DNA of 63,681 bases, counting the filler. It is 5 parts of 5 records of this genome, joined end to end, with 100 filler letters (N's around TTAATTAATTAA, not from the genome) between each part and the next. Parts side by side here need not be neighbours in the genome. Positions count along the whole stretch, not along the records: positions 1 to 16,526 come from SRR31156797_3744; positions 16,627 to 32,859 come from SRR31156797_3748; 3 more parts are not named here. One strand, written 5' to 3'. Each line of letters opens with the position of its first letter. Position 1 is the stretch's first letter. Positions 10,470 to 20,354 of the stretch are shown here, one piece after another. A program made the translations under genes and the position numbers. The notes below the pieces were generated by a model. The model was not told where the DNA came from. It searched no databases and worked only from the letters and a program-made list of their open reading frames with translations.

Positions 10470-11348
10470 ATGAAAAACTTAAAGAAACTATTAGTTTTGC
10501 TTGTAGCAATTATGCTAATTGGTACTGTGTTATCAGCATGTACAAGCGAGAGCGAAGAACCAGCAGCAACAGAAGCTGTAGAGGAAGCAACTGGATTTAG
10601 CAAAGGTGTACAGGAAATCGTTGACCGAGGTGTACTGAGAGTCGGCGTAAAGAATGCTGTTATCGGCTTTGGTTATCAGGATACATTATCAGGTGAATAT
10701 TCAGGGCTTGAGATTTCCTTGGCAGAAAAAATTGCAGAATACTTAGGAACTGATATTGAATTTACTGCTGTTACTGCAGCTACACGTACAGAATTACTTG
10801 ACTCAGGTGATATTGACTGTGTACTGGCTACATTCACAATTACTGATGAAAGAAAAAAGAGCTGGGACTTCACAACTCCATATTATACTGACTATGTAAC
10901 AGTATTGGTAGAAAACAGCTCAGGTATTGCTTCACTGGCTGACTTAGCTGACAAGACAGTTGGCGTATCATCAGGTTCTACATCAGCGAAGGCATTAGTA
11001 TATGCAATGGTTGACGCTGGCGTTATCAGCGGGGATGAGTTTGACGCAGACATATTTGATCCAGCTACATGGACAACAGGTGTATCATTCCAGCAGTATG
11101 ATGACTATCCAACAATCTCTACTGGTTTAAGTGCTGGCGAAATTGATGCATTCTGTGTTGATAAGTCTATTCTAGCTGTATATAACACAGATACTAGATC
11201 ATATATTGAGGACAAGTTTGCTCCACAGGACTATGGCGTAGCTACAAGGAAAGATTCAGACTTCTCAGCATTAACAGAAGAACTGATAATTGGTTGGTTA
11301 GCTGACGGAACAGTTGAAGCATTGATAGCAGAGAATAGTCTAGGCTAA
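10470..11348 (+). CDS. Amino-acid ABC transporter substrate-binding lipoprotein (PEB1A-like, Asp/Glu type)
   Basis: Lipobox VLSAC; RGVLRVGVK and ATFTITDERKKSWDFTTPYY motifs. Confidence 0.9.
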   Translation: MKNLKKLLVLLVAIMLIGTVLSACTSESEEPAATEAVEEATGFSKGVQEIVDRGVLRVGVKNAVIGFGYQDTLSGEYSGLEISLAEKIAEYLGTDIEFTAVTAATRTELLDSGDIDCVLATFTITDERKKSWDFTTPYYTDYVTVLVENSSGIASLADLADKTVGVSSGSTSAKALVYAMVDAGVISGDEFDADIFDPATWTTGVSFQQYDDYPTISTGLSAGEIDAFCVDKSILAVYNTDTRSYIEDKFAPQDYGVATRKDSDFSALTEELIIGWLADGTVEALIAENSLG

Positions 11349-11358
11349 TTAAAACAAA

Positions 11359-11384
11359 CTGAAGGCTTATTTATAAGCCTTCAG
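11359..11384 (+). terminator. Intra-operon hairpin after the binding-protein gene (stabiliser or partial terminator)
   Basis: Perfect 12-bp inverted repeat ctgaaggcttat/ataagccttcag. Confidence 0.6.
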
Positions 11385-11452
11385 ATATTTTGATTTATTT
11401 ATAAAGCTATTTAAAAATTGTTTTATAAATAAATCCTTACTATTTTTATCAA

Positions 11453-12199
11453 ATGGAGGCACAATCAATGGGCGGTATGTTCTCTGCAGAAGCATGGGAG
11501 AAAATTTGGATATTTCGAGGAACATTCTTAAAAGGTCTTGGTAACACAGTTGTCATGACTTTATTTGCGTTGCTGATATCACTGACTTTAGGTATTATAT
11601 TTGGGCTAATGGGTACCAGTAACAATAAAGTACTGCGTAGTTTTAATCGTATTTATGTAGAAGCTATACAGAATACCCCTCTGATATTACAATTATGCTT
11701 TTTGTACTATGCATTAGCTTTCTCCGGAAATAGTCTGGGCATTTTAGTAACTGGCATAATATCTCTGGGAGTATATCATGGCGCATATATATCAGAGGTT
11801 GTTCGAGCTGGTATTATGTCTATACCAAAGGGACAGTTTGAAGCTGCTCAGTCGCAGGGCTTTAATTATATAGAAAAGATGTATTTCATTATTTTACCTC
11901 AAAGTATCAAGATTATATTGCCGCCGATGGTCAATCAGGTGGTAAACCTAATTAAAAATACATCATGTTTATATATTATCGGAGGAGCGGATTTGATATC
12001 ATTGACATACAGCTTCGTCACAGGAGCAGATACTGGTGGAGCATATGCACCTGCATATATAGTAAGCGGTCTACTGTTCTTCGCTGTATGCTTTCCTCTG
12101 TCATCCTTGGCAAGTGCATGGGAAAATTCTCTTAAGAAACGACATGAGAAAGTTATCCATATGATAGATGGAGATACTGAAATAGAGGAAGGAGCGTAA
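11453..12199 (+). CDS. Amino-acid ABC transporter permease
   Basis: YVEAIQNTPLILQL and EAA loop SIPKGQFEAAQSQG. Confidence 0.92.
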   Translation: MEAQSMGGMFSAEAWEKIWIFRGTFLKGLGNTVVMTLFALLISLTLGIIFGLMGTSNNKVLRSFNRIYVEAIQNTPLILQLCFLYYALAFSGNSLGILVTGIISLGVYHGAYISEVVRAGIMSIPKGQFEAAQSQGFNYIEKMYFIILPQSIKIILPPMVNQVVNLIKNTSCLYIIGGADLISLTYSFVTGADTGGAYAPAYIVSGLLFFAVCFPLSSLASAWENSLKKRHEKVIHMIDGDTEIEEGA

Positions 12200-12205
12200 T
12201 GGTAC

Positions 12206-12976
12206 ATGAGTGATTTTTCAAGCAGCCTATCTATGTTTAGTAATGCTGGACTTCTGCTGTATGTTCTTAAGGGAATAGCATTTACTCTTATAATTTCTGT
12301 AGTTGCAGTAGTAATTGGTACACTGTTAGGCTCAATTATGGCATTGGTAAGAAATTATTGCAACACTAACAAAACAAAGGTATTTAAGTGGCTGGCAGTA
12401 GCTTATATAGAAATATTCAGGAATACACCTCTTTTGCTTTGGATATTCATATGCACGGTGTTTTTGCCATTCCCGGAAGGCTGGTCAAAGCCGATGTTTG
12501 GATTAACTTCAGTTGAGGTGAAACTACTATTCAAAGCAGCAGCGGCATTGGTGCTCTTTACATCGTCTGTAATAGCAGAGATAGTACGTGGCGGATTGAA
12601 CTCCGTTGCAAAGGGACAATTTGAGGCAGGATATTCTCAAGGCTTTGGAACTGTGCAGGTAATGATTTTCATAGTGCTGCCACAAGCCTATAGAAACATC
12701 ATTCCTACATTGCTAAGTCAGGTAATTACAACAATAAAGGACTCCTCGTACTTGGCAAATGTAGCAATAATTGAACTGATGGCTAGAATAAAGAAGCTAT
12801 TAAGTGTTGCTCATGTATATAATGGTACTGGAAACGTAAATGTCTCAGATGTATTTGTTCTTTTTGGGATTGCTATGCTGATTTACTTTATTATTAACTT
12901 CACTTTATCCGTAGCTGTTCGACGTATGCAGAAACGCTCACGACTGCCTAAGAATACTGCCAAAGCAGAAGCGTAA
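12206..12976 (+). CDS. Amino-acid ABC transporter permease
   Basis: YIEIFRNTPLLL, SVAKGQFEAGYSQG and IKDSS. Confidence 0.92.
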   Translation: MSDFSSSLSMFSNAGLLLYVLKGIAFTLIISVVAVVIGTLLGSIMALVRNYCNTNKTKVFKWLAVAYIEIFRNTPLLLWIFICTVFLPFPEGWSKPMFGLTSVEVKLLFKAAAALVLFTSSVIAEIVRGGLNSVAKGQFEAGYSQGFGTVQVMIFIVLPQAYRNIIPTLLSQVITTIKDSSYLANVAIIELMARIKKLLSVAHVYNGTGNVNVSDVFVLFGIAMLIYFIINFTLSVAVRRMQKRSRLPKNTAKAEA

Positions 12977-13027
12977 TAAGATAATTGAATTGATTGTTTC
13001 AGATTGATAAGCATAGAATAGTATAAA

Positions 13028-13768
13028 TTAATCATTATAATTATCTGTTAATTTGCTAAATAGTCTGCCAAACCAGATAGGAAATAAATATATGAGCTTT
13101 GTTTGAATAGATTGAATGAAGCTGTGGCAGATAATAAAAGATTTTTTATTTAACCTCTTTGCTATTCCTCTTCCCACCGTTTGAGGGGTCTGCATAAATT
13201 CGTTTGGTATAGGCAGGGGTGATGACGAGCGAGTATTTGTAAGAGGCGGATGGATTATGTGAAAACTAATTCGGCTATTTTTATATTCCAGGTTAAGGCA
13301 TTTGGCAAGAGACTCAATAGCAGCTTTACTTGATACATATGGGCTTATTTCTTTGAATCCCATAATACCGACACCAGAGCTTACAAACATAATTCTGCAA
13401 GTGTTTTGTTTATTTATTGTAGGAATTATTGCCTTAGTAATATTTATAGCTCCGTAATAGTTAACATCAAATATTTCTTTGTATGTATCAATTGAAGTGC
13501 TAATAAAACTACCAAAAGTACATTTACAAGCATTGTGGATAACAATATCTATTGGTTGATTAATTGTATTGACTGCCTTGGCAACATCATCATATTTGCT
13601 TACATCGCATTTATATCCATATATGGATTCGCCGTATTTGCTTTTTAGATTATCGATATTCTTTATATTAATATCCAGTACATGTACTATGTGACCATCT
13701 TCAAGTAACTGCAATGCTAAATAATAGCCTATGCCCTCGTTTGCGCCGCTTATTAGTACATTACTCAT
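13028..13768 (-). CDS. Short-chain dehydrogenase/reductase
   Basis: ISGANEGIG Rossmann motif and catalytic YxxxK (YVSSK). Confidence 0.9.
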   Translation of the reverse strand: MSNVLISGANEGIGYYLALQLLEDGHIVHVLDINIKNIDNLKSKYGESIYGYKCDVSKYDDVAKAVNTINQPIDIVIHNACKCTFGSFISTSIDTYKEIFDVNYYGAINITKAIIPTINKQNTCRIMFVSSGVGIMGFKEISPYVSSKAAIESLAKCLNLEYKNSRISFHIIHPPLTNTRSSSPLPIPNEFMQTPQTVGRGIAKRLNKKSFIICHSFIQSIQTKLIYLFPIWFGRLFSKLTDNYND

Positions 13769-14369
13769 TTAAACCATCTCCATATATTCTATAAAAATCC
13801 TGGGCATAGTTAGTAATTAATGCCTTGAACTCGTCAACTTTTTCGGTATCAACGTTTTGAGAGATAATGTGTTTGCTATACATAAAGAAAATATAAGAGT
13901 AATAGTATTCAGCTAATCTTTTGCTGTTTAAATCTGTAAATACTTGTGCTTTTATTAATTTACTAAAAATCTGTTTTTGGAATTTTATTGGCATATCAAA
14001 GAAATAATATAAATATATCTTCTTCATCTCTTCATTGTTATTCTGCTCAATCATTAATAGCTTTACAAACTTAATGACTAAATCATTGAGTAAGTATTGC
14101 TCAATAAACCCTGATGTAATTGAAACAAATATTTCCTCGGTAACATTGTCTAATACTGCGTTGTCAAATACTTTCATCATGTTGTCGGTAAATAGTATGA
14201 ATTTGCCGATAATTGACTGTAGAATATCATTTTTGTTTTTGTAATGATAATATATTGTGCTCTCTTTTATTCCCACTTGTTTGCATATGTCACGAATGGA
14301 AACAGAATCATAGCCTTTTTGACACATCAAGTCTAAGGAGATTTCTAATATTTGTTCTTTTGTACTCAT
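13761..14369 (-). CDS. TetR/AcrR family regulator (ATG start at 14369 inferred)
   Basis: TKEQILEISLDL..KGYDSVSIRDICKQVGIKESTIYYHYKNK HTH; GAGGTGA RBS before 14369. Confidence 0.92.
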   Translation of the reverse strand: MSTKEQILEISLDLMCQKGYDSVSIRDICKQVGIKESTIYYHYKNKNDILQSIIGKFILFTDNMMKVFDNAVLDNVTEEIFVSITSGFIEQYLLNDLVIKFVKLLMIEQNNNEEMKKIYLYYFFDMPIKFQKQIFSKLIKAQVFTDLNSKRLAEYYYSYIFFMYSKHIISQNVDTEKVDEFKALITNYAQDFYRIYGDGLNE

Positions 14370-14379
14370 AATACTCACC

Positions 14380-14427
14380 TCTAACAACTGTTAGACAAAT
14401 TATATCTAACAGTTGTTAGGGAGTCAA
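14380..14427 (-). promoter_or_regulatory. Sigma-A promoter of tetR-SDR overlapped by two palindromic operators
   Basis: TTGACT (14427-14422), 17 nt, TATAAT (14404-14399). Palindromes CTAACA-nn-TGTTAG at 14381-14394 and 14406-14419. Confidence 0.8.
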
Positions 14428-14471
14428 GCCTTATTTTATTTTTTGTGTTAATAACTATTATGAATATTTTG

Positions 14472-15770
14472 TTATTTAATAAGTTTAATAGCATCGTTTA
14501 GTATTTTTTCTATTAATTTTTTACTGTACTTAGTTTCTGGATAGCGAATAGAAATACATAGGACATTATTAGTAGTCAAAACACCAATAACCATATCATG
14601 TGGTGCAAATAGCGGAGGTACAAAGTACATTTCTTTTATATTAAATCGTTCAGTGTCAATGTTAATTTTGCCAAGATTGGACATTGCTAATCCCTCTCCA
14701 AGGGTGTTGCTAGTTAGGATATTTAGCAGTTTTACTGATGAACAATTACTAAAATTATCATAACCAATAAAGTTAATACTATCTATAAGACTATCGTCAA
14801 GAGCTGATATAAATGTCATAGTGATATATCTCGTTTTGGAATTCATAAGCTTAGATTTGATTATTTTACCTATTTCTTTGGCATTATCCCACAGTGATAT
14901 TGAATTGTCATACGGTGCATCAATTATAAAACCTGATACATAGTTACCCATGCTTTGTGCTGGATCATTTCTAAGTTCTTTTCTTATATTGAATGATATA
15001 CCTAATCGTTTTGATGTAATTCCATTACTATGACGTGCTGATAAGAATGCAGCAGTTAAGGCTTCGTTAATGGTTACATTATACTTTTTACAGTTTTGTA
15101 TAAATCTGTTGGTTTCATCTATTGTAAGAGAGGCGGTTAATAGTTTAGGTATATTTTGTGAATTATGCTTGGAGAAAATCGCTTTATAATCATTAAATGT
15201 AAATATTCTGCTGCTTTTATTGAAATCTTTGTTTAGCTTCTGTGCAGCTATCCTTGTAAGCAATCTTAGACGACCACTTTTGGGCAGGCTGGTTTCATCC
15301 TGTATAATAGCAGGATGTATAACTGAATTATCTAATTTACCATCAAAAGCTAACAATAAATCTCTCATAAAGTATACGAAAGACAGTCCATCCCCTAGAA
15401 GATGATGAGCAAGAATGGTTATACATGTTGCGTTATTGGACCTTGATATATGTATGCGCATCATATTGTTTTCTGTAAAATTGAAAGGTGTCCTATTGCT
15501 TAATACAATCCAATCCTGCCAAGGCACTGAATCATTTTCTTCAATATGAGGTATTAATGTATTTGCAGTATTAAGATTATAATACGCTTTGTTATTTTCA
15601 TCAAAACAAATAGTGGATAAAAGAAGTGGATGACGTTGCTCTAGAGCTCTTAATGCATTATTAATTGTACCACTATCAATACTTTTATCTAGAGTTACAG
15701 ACATTCCCACATGAATATCAGGGGAGAAAAGGTGAGGGCGTTCAGTATTAATTGGAATTAGTTGTTTCAT
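14472..15770 (-). CDS. Stand-alone condensation-domain / alcohol-acetyltransferase-like acyltransferase
   Basis: RHPLL, catalytic HHLLGDG (HHxxxDG), MGNYVS and MSNLG motifs. Confidence 0.8.
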   Translation of the reverse strand: MKQLIPINTERPHLFSPDIHVGMSVTLDKSIDSGTINNALRALEQRHPLLLSTICFDENNKAYYNLNTANTLIPHIEENDSVPWQDWIVLSNRTPFNFTENNMMRIHISRSNNATCITILAHHLLGDGLSFVYFMRDLLLAFDGKLDNSVIHPAIIQDETSLPKSGRLRLLTRIAAQKLNKDFNKSSRIFTFNDYKAIFSKHNSQNIPKLLTASLTIDETNRFIQNCKKYNVTINEALTAAFLSARHSNGITSKRLGISFNIRKELRNDPAQSMGNYVSGFIIDAPYDNSISLWDNAKEIGKIIKSKLMNSKTRYITMTFISALDDSLIDSINFIGYDNFSNCSSVKLLNILTSNTLGEGLAMSNLGKINIDTERFNIKEMYFVPPLFAPHDMVIGVLTTNNVLCISIRYPETKYSKKLIEKILNDAIKLIK

Positions 15771-15973
15771 ACATACACTCCTAGTATAGTGTGGATATTA
15801 TACCATAAAATGTTACATTAATATACAGTTGCAGTTTATAAGACAATACTTCTACTAACATAAATGGATAATAATATTTTTATATCTAAGTTTCTCGCTT
15901 TTCGATATAAATGGTATAGTATTAATTAACTTTTGATTGCGGAATGTAAATAGGTTAATAGGAGGGTGGATTT

Positions 15974-16324
15974 ATGATAAATATAGCGAAAAAACTCTTT
16001 GTTATATTTGCATCACTACAATGCATAATATGGACAGTATTTGGTGCTGTCACAGCTATTAACCAATCTCAGCATTTGATAATTGCTTTGTTTATGTTGA
16101 TAAATGGACTTGTATTTATATGCTGTATATTTATTTATGATAAAAGACTGATTCTGCAAATTGGAGTAATACTATTTATTGCAGTTAATCTCTTACTTAC
16201 TGTTACTGATTAAATGGGACTGGCAGATTATCTGGTGTTGATTCTAAATATAGCTACTTTAGCATTAATTATCTATATTATAGTATCAATGTGTAAGGGG
16301 AATAAAGATCAACATAAAGTGTAA
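15974..16324 (+). pseudogene. Small membrane protein interrupted by an in-frame TAA
   Basis: The frame continues past TAA 16211-16213 (LTVTD*MGLADYLVLILNIATLALIIYII...) with another TM helix, ending at the stop 16322-16324. Confidence 0.55.
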
Positions 16325-16482
16325 AATCTCTGGGCATAAACCTTAGCTAATGATTTGATCATATTATAGTTCCAATTCTTTTATTCTAATTCTGACAGAA
16401 TAATATCAGTTGTACAATTACTTAAAAAGTTTTATAATATCCGTAATAGTTTTAGAAATTGGCGAATAAGCAGGTGAATCTA

Positions 16483-16526
16483 ATGGAAAAAAAGACTGTA
16501 ACAATATATGATATAGCAAAGAAGCT
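16483..16526 (+). CDS. N-terminus of a LacI-family regulator, truncated by the contig end
   Basis: MEKKTVTIYDIAKK is the LacI HTH start; AGGTGA RBS. Confidence 0.65.
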
Positions 16527-16626
16527 NNNNNNNNNNNNNNNNNNNNNNNNNNNNNNNNNNNNNNNNNNNNTTAATTAATTAANNNNNNNNNNNNNNNNNN
16601 NNNNNNNNNNNNNNNNNNNNNNNNNN
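16527..16626. other. Artificial contig spacer
   Basis: N44-TTAATTAATTAA-N44, with stops in all six frames. Confidence 0.98.
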
Positions 16627-17487
16627 GCCGTCTGCTCCTGTTGGTCCTGTTGCTCCGGGTGCACCCTCAATTCCTTGTGGACCTGTTGCTCCTGTTGGAC
16701 CAACGGTGCCATCTGCTCCTGTTGCTCCTGTTGGTCCAATTGCTCCATCTGCTCCTGTTGGACCGGTTGGGCCTGTTGCTCCTGATGCTCCATCATATCC
16801 TTGTGGACCGGTTGGTCCTGTTGCTCCTGCTCCTGTTGGACCGGTTGCTCCGGTTGTGCCATCTGCTCCAGTTGGGCCTGTTGCTCCTACTGCTCCTTCT
16901 ATTCCTTGCGGACCTGTTGCTCCAGTCGCTCCAGGAGCTCCTTCATATCCTTGTGGACCTGTTGGACCAGTAACGCCAGTTGGACCTGTTGCTCCTGCTC
17001 CTGTTGCTCCTGTTGGTCCTACTGCACCATCTGCCCCTGTTGGACCTGTTGGGCCTGCTTCGCCTGCTCCTGTCGCTCCTGTTGGACCAACTGCACCTGA
17101 TGCTCCTGTTGGTCCTGTTGCTCCTGCTACACCTGTTGCTCCTGTTGGTCCTATTAATCCTCTTGGACCCGTTGGACCGGTTGGCCCAGTTGGACAACAT
17201 GGTGGATGCGGAGGGTGTGGTGGTGGGCATGGTGGTTGAGGTGGGCACGGAGATTGCGGTGATTGAGGTTGCTGTGGAGGGCATGGTGGGTGTGGTGGTT
17301 TACGTTGGGAAAAATTATTTGGTATACTTGGTTGCATATTTCTGTCATTTCGATTAAAGCCGTCGTTAGCTTCACTTTCGCTACGTTCATGATAATAGTT
17401 AGTATCATTATCATACATATCACAATCATCAAAGCATGAATTATTGTCAATTATTCTCTTATAATAATCCGTTTTTTGTTTTTTCAT
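16627..17487 (-). CDS. Collagen-like (Gly-X-Y; GPT/GAT) protein, BclA/exosporium-like; 3'-truncated
   Basis: Long GPTGATG repeat region preceded by a Pro/His/Cys-rich segment (PPHPPCPP...[10 protein letters not shown]). Confidence 0.85.
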
Positions 17488-17519
17488 ACACTCACATCCT
17501 TTTAGATTAAGTTTATATT

Positions 17520-17548
17520 AATATATGCATACAGCTATACTTGAGTGA
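17520..17548 (-). promoter_or_regulatory. Putative mother-cell sporulation (sigma-K-like) promoter
   Basis: Minus strand reads TCAC-17 nt-CATATATT, about 33 nt upstream of the collagen gene. Confidence 0.45.
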
Positions 17549-17687
17549 TTTAGATTTAATTAAATGAAAGATTATTAGTACTAAACATATTATTTCTATT
17601 GCAAAATACTTTTTAAGTCCTATAATAAAAGAAATGGTGTATTATTTCACCTTATGGTAATATTATTCACTTGAAAGGAGAATTAAT

Positions 17688-18158
17688 TTGAACAAGAATA
17701 ATTTAATACTCATTATATCAAAAAATCTTAAAATGCTTCGTTCAGAGTACAATTACTCCCAACAAGTTATGGCAAATACTTTGGGGCTATCTAAAAAAAC
17801 AATAATACAAATAGAGAAAGACCGTTTATTACTTAGTTGGACAGCTACCTGCGCTGCATGTACGGTATTCAGAAATAGTAAACTGCTACGCATGACATTA
17901 GGTGAAAACCCCAGTGATATAGCATCGAGTATTGCACATGAGTTTTGTTATGAATACAATGAACTTGAAAACAAGAATTATTTGTTTTGGGATATTATTG
18001 TAGATAACGGAGATTATTCAATTCAAAAAAACATCATCAGTGAGCACTATAAAATAGTTGATAAGAATGGACGTAAATTGTTTAATTCGTTTGACTTAAA
18101 TAAAACAAATACAATTTTTAAGAACTATATAAAGGAAGGAAATAATAACAATGAATAG
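17688..18158 (+). CDS. XRE-family HTH regulator with C-terminal extension
   Basis: LKMLRSEYNYSQQVMANTLGLSKKTIIQIEK. TTG start with AAAGGAG RBS; TTGCAA-16-TATAAT at 17599-17626. Confidence 0.85.
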   Translation: MNKNNLILIISKNLKMLRSEYNYSQQVMANTLGLSKKTIIQIEKDRLLLSWTATCAACTVFRNSKLLRMTLGENPSDIASSIAHEFCYEYNELENKNYLFWDIIVDNGDYSIQKNIISEHYKIVDKNGRKLFNSFDLNKTNTIFKNYIKEGNNNNE

Positions 18159-18513
18159 CACAAAGATAATAAATATCATAAGGTGGACTGCAAGGATATT
18201 GGGTATTGGGACTATATTACTCTTCTTAATTTTCTTTATCGGAGAGAGCGACTTTTCTCAGCCAGTTCGGCTAACTATTGCTGAAATCTTATTAATTATA
18301 TGCGTGCCTATTCTACTAATAACAGGTATCATAATTGCATGGAAGAGAGAAATACTAGGCGGATTAATTACGATACTTTCTATCTTCCTTTTCAATATCA
18401 TAGGGTGGATATCAGAAGGATATTTGAAATTCGAATTGGAATTTGGATTTTTTCTTATAATTGGTATGCTATATATTATATGTGGAATATCGGAAAAAAG
18501 ACTTCAATCATAA
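18151..18513 (+). CDS. Small 4-TM membrane protein
   Basis: RWTARILG...AWKREILGG hydrophobic pattern; overlaps the XRE gene stop. Confidence 0.75.
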   Translation: MNSTKIINIIRWTARILGIGTILLFLIFFIGESDFSQPVRLTIAEILLIICVPILLITGIIIAWKREILGGLITILSIFLFNIIGWISEGYLKFELEFGFFLIIGMLYIICGISEKRLQS

Positions 18514-18763
18514 TTACACAAGATAAAAGGCATTTGGTTTTCACAAGTGCCTTTCTTATTATTTTCTTTATAGATGAGTCCATTAATAGAGAAATAATAA
18601 TTTCGATTTAGTATATAAAATTGACTATTTAAATGTCTGTTGTAATATCCATGTTACTTCAGTGTTAAATATGGGTAAATTGGAAACTCATGTATCCTAA
18701 TAAAATTTTCATATGATAAAATAAATATGTAAACTATTACTTTCGACAGAAATGGTGGATTAA

Positions 18764-20341
18764 ATGATAAAGAAAATAAAAGGAAGTTTATTAATATTGT
18801 CAGCAATAGTAATGCTTGCAGCAATATTTTTATCAAGCTGTTCATTTAGTTTTGGAGAAACTACTATAAGCATTGTATCAGGTAGTGAGAACAAGACGCT
18901 GGAACCGCTAATCGAGGAATTTGCAAGGGAGAATGACATTAATATAGAAATGCATTACAAAGGCTCTGTAGACATTATGTCTATGTTAAAGACTGGTGAG
19001 ATAGAGAAATATGACGCAGTATGGCCTGCAAACAGCATATGGATTAGTATTGGTGATGAGAATAGAGTAGTAAAACATACAAAATCCATAATGACTTCTC
19101 CTGTAGTTTTTGGTATCAATAAAAGCATTGCTGAGGATTTAGGTTTCGTTGATACTGATGTTTCAGTTTCCGATATTCTTGATGCTGTTAATCAGGGTAA
19201 ATTCAAATTCATTATGACATCAGCAACCCAGTCCAATTCAGGTGCTACTGCTTACTTAGGCTTCTTGCACGCTTTATCAGGAAAAGAAGATACCCTTGTC
19301 ATGGATGATTTATACACTAGTGAACTTGATGAAAATATTACGCAGCTTCTTTCTGGTGTTGATAGGTCGTCCGGCAGTTCAGGTTGGCTGAAGGACTTAT
19401 TCCTTACAGGCAATTATGATGCAATGGTAAACTATGAAGCACTGATAATAGAAACCAATCAGGAGCTAATAGCTAGAGGCGAAGAACCACTGTATCTCGT
19501 ATATCCATATGACGGTATAGGTATCGCTGATTCACCCCTTGGCTACGTAGACAAAGATGATGATGATAAAGAAGAAGCATTCCTTTTATTACAAGATTTC
19601 CTGCTTTCCCAGAAAACACAAGATGAACTACAGGAATACGGTCGCCGCACAGGCTATGGCACCCTTACGAATGTAGATACTAGTGTTTTCAATCCTGATT
19701 GGGGAATTGATACAGATAAGGTACTCTCTGCTGTCAGGATGCCTTCAGGTGACGTTATTATGGAGGCACTTCATTTATATCAAACACAATTCAAAAAGCC
19801 TTCATATACAATATACTGTTTGGATTATTCAGGCTCAATGGCTAATGAGGGTGAAAATGAATTAAAACAAGCTATGGAAATCATATTAACTCCTAAAACT
19901 GCCAGCAGCTACATGATAGAACCATCTGAAAATGATAAAGTACTTGTAATCTTATACTCCCATGAAATAATAGATACTTGGTTTATAGAGGGTACTGATA
20001 CTCAGCGTATGGTCAGCTTTATAAATGAATATGATGCTAGAGGCGGTACCGATATGTATCTTGCACTCTCAATGGCAATAGAGCACTTTGAACAAACTGA
20101 AACAGAGGAATACTTCCCAGCTATTGTACTTATGACTGATGGTGTTTCAGATGAATATAATAAGAATGAGTTATTTATCGCGTATGACTATTCAACTAAA
20201 AAAGTACCAATCTTCTCAATAATGTTTGGTAACGCATCCAGCAGTCAGCTAGATGTTCTGGCAGAAATTTCAGATGCAAGAGTATTTGATGGAAAAAGTG
20301 ACTTAATTTCTGCATTCAAAAAAGTACGAGGATACAACTAG
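18764..20341 (+). CDS. Lipoprotein: solute-binding-protein domain fused to a C-terminal vWA domain
   Basis: Lipobox FLSSC; SBP motifs SGSENK, YDAVWPANS and TSATQSNSG; vWA MIDAS DYSGSM...GGTD...MTDG. Confidence 0.88.
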   Translation: MIKKIKGSLLILSAIVMLAAIFLSSCSFSFGETTISIVSGSENKTLEPLIEEFARENDINIEMHYKGSVDIMSMLKTGEIEKYDAVWPANSIWISIGDENRVVKHTKSIMTSPVVFGINKSIAEDLGFVDTDVSVSDILDAVNQGKFKFIMTSATQSNSGATAYLGFLHALSGKEDTLVMDDLYTSELDENITQLLSGVDRSSGSSGWLKDLFLTGNYDAMVNYEALIIETNQELIARGEEPLYLVYPYDGIGIADSPLGYVDKDDDDKEEAFLLLQDFLLSQKTQDELQEYGRRTGYGTLTNVDTSVFNPDWGIDTDKVLSAVRMPSGDVIMEALHLYQTQFKKPSYTIYCLDYSGSMANEGENELKQAMEIILTPKTASSYMIEPSENDKVLVILYSHEIIDTWFIEGTDTQRMVSFINEYDARGGTDMYLALSMAIEHFEQTETEEYFPAIVLMTDGVSDEYNKNELFIAYDYSTKKVPIFSIMFGNASSSQLDVLAEISDARVFDGKSDLISAFKKVRGYN

Positions 20342-20354
20342 AAAGGAACATACA

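Noticed and set aside
16571-16582. TTAATTAATTAA palindrome recurring four times
   Set aside because: Artificial six-frame-stop linker inside N padding.
16575-17450. Multiple overlapping ORFs (poly-Leu, PVGP, Cys/Ser-rich, Gln-rich)
   Set aside because: These are alternative-frame shadows of the collagen Gly-X-Y repeat.
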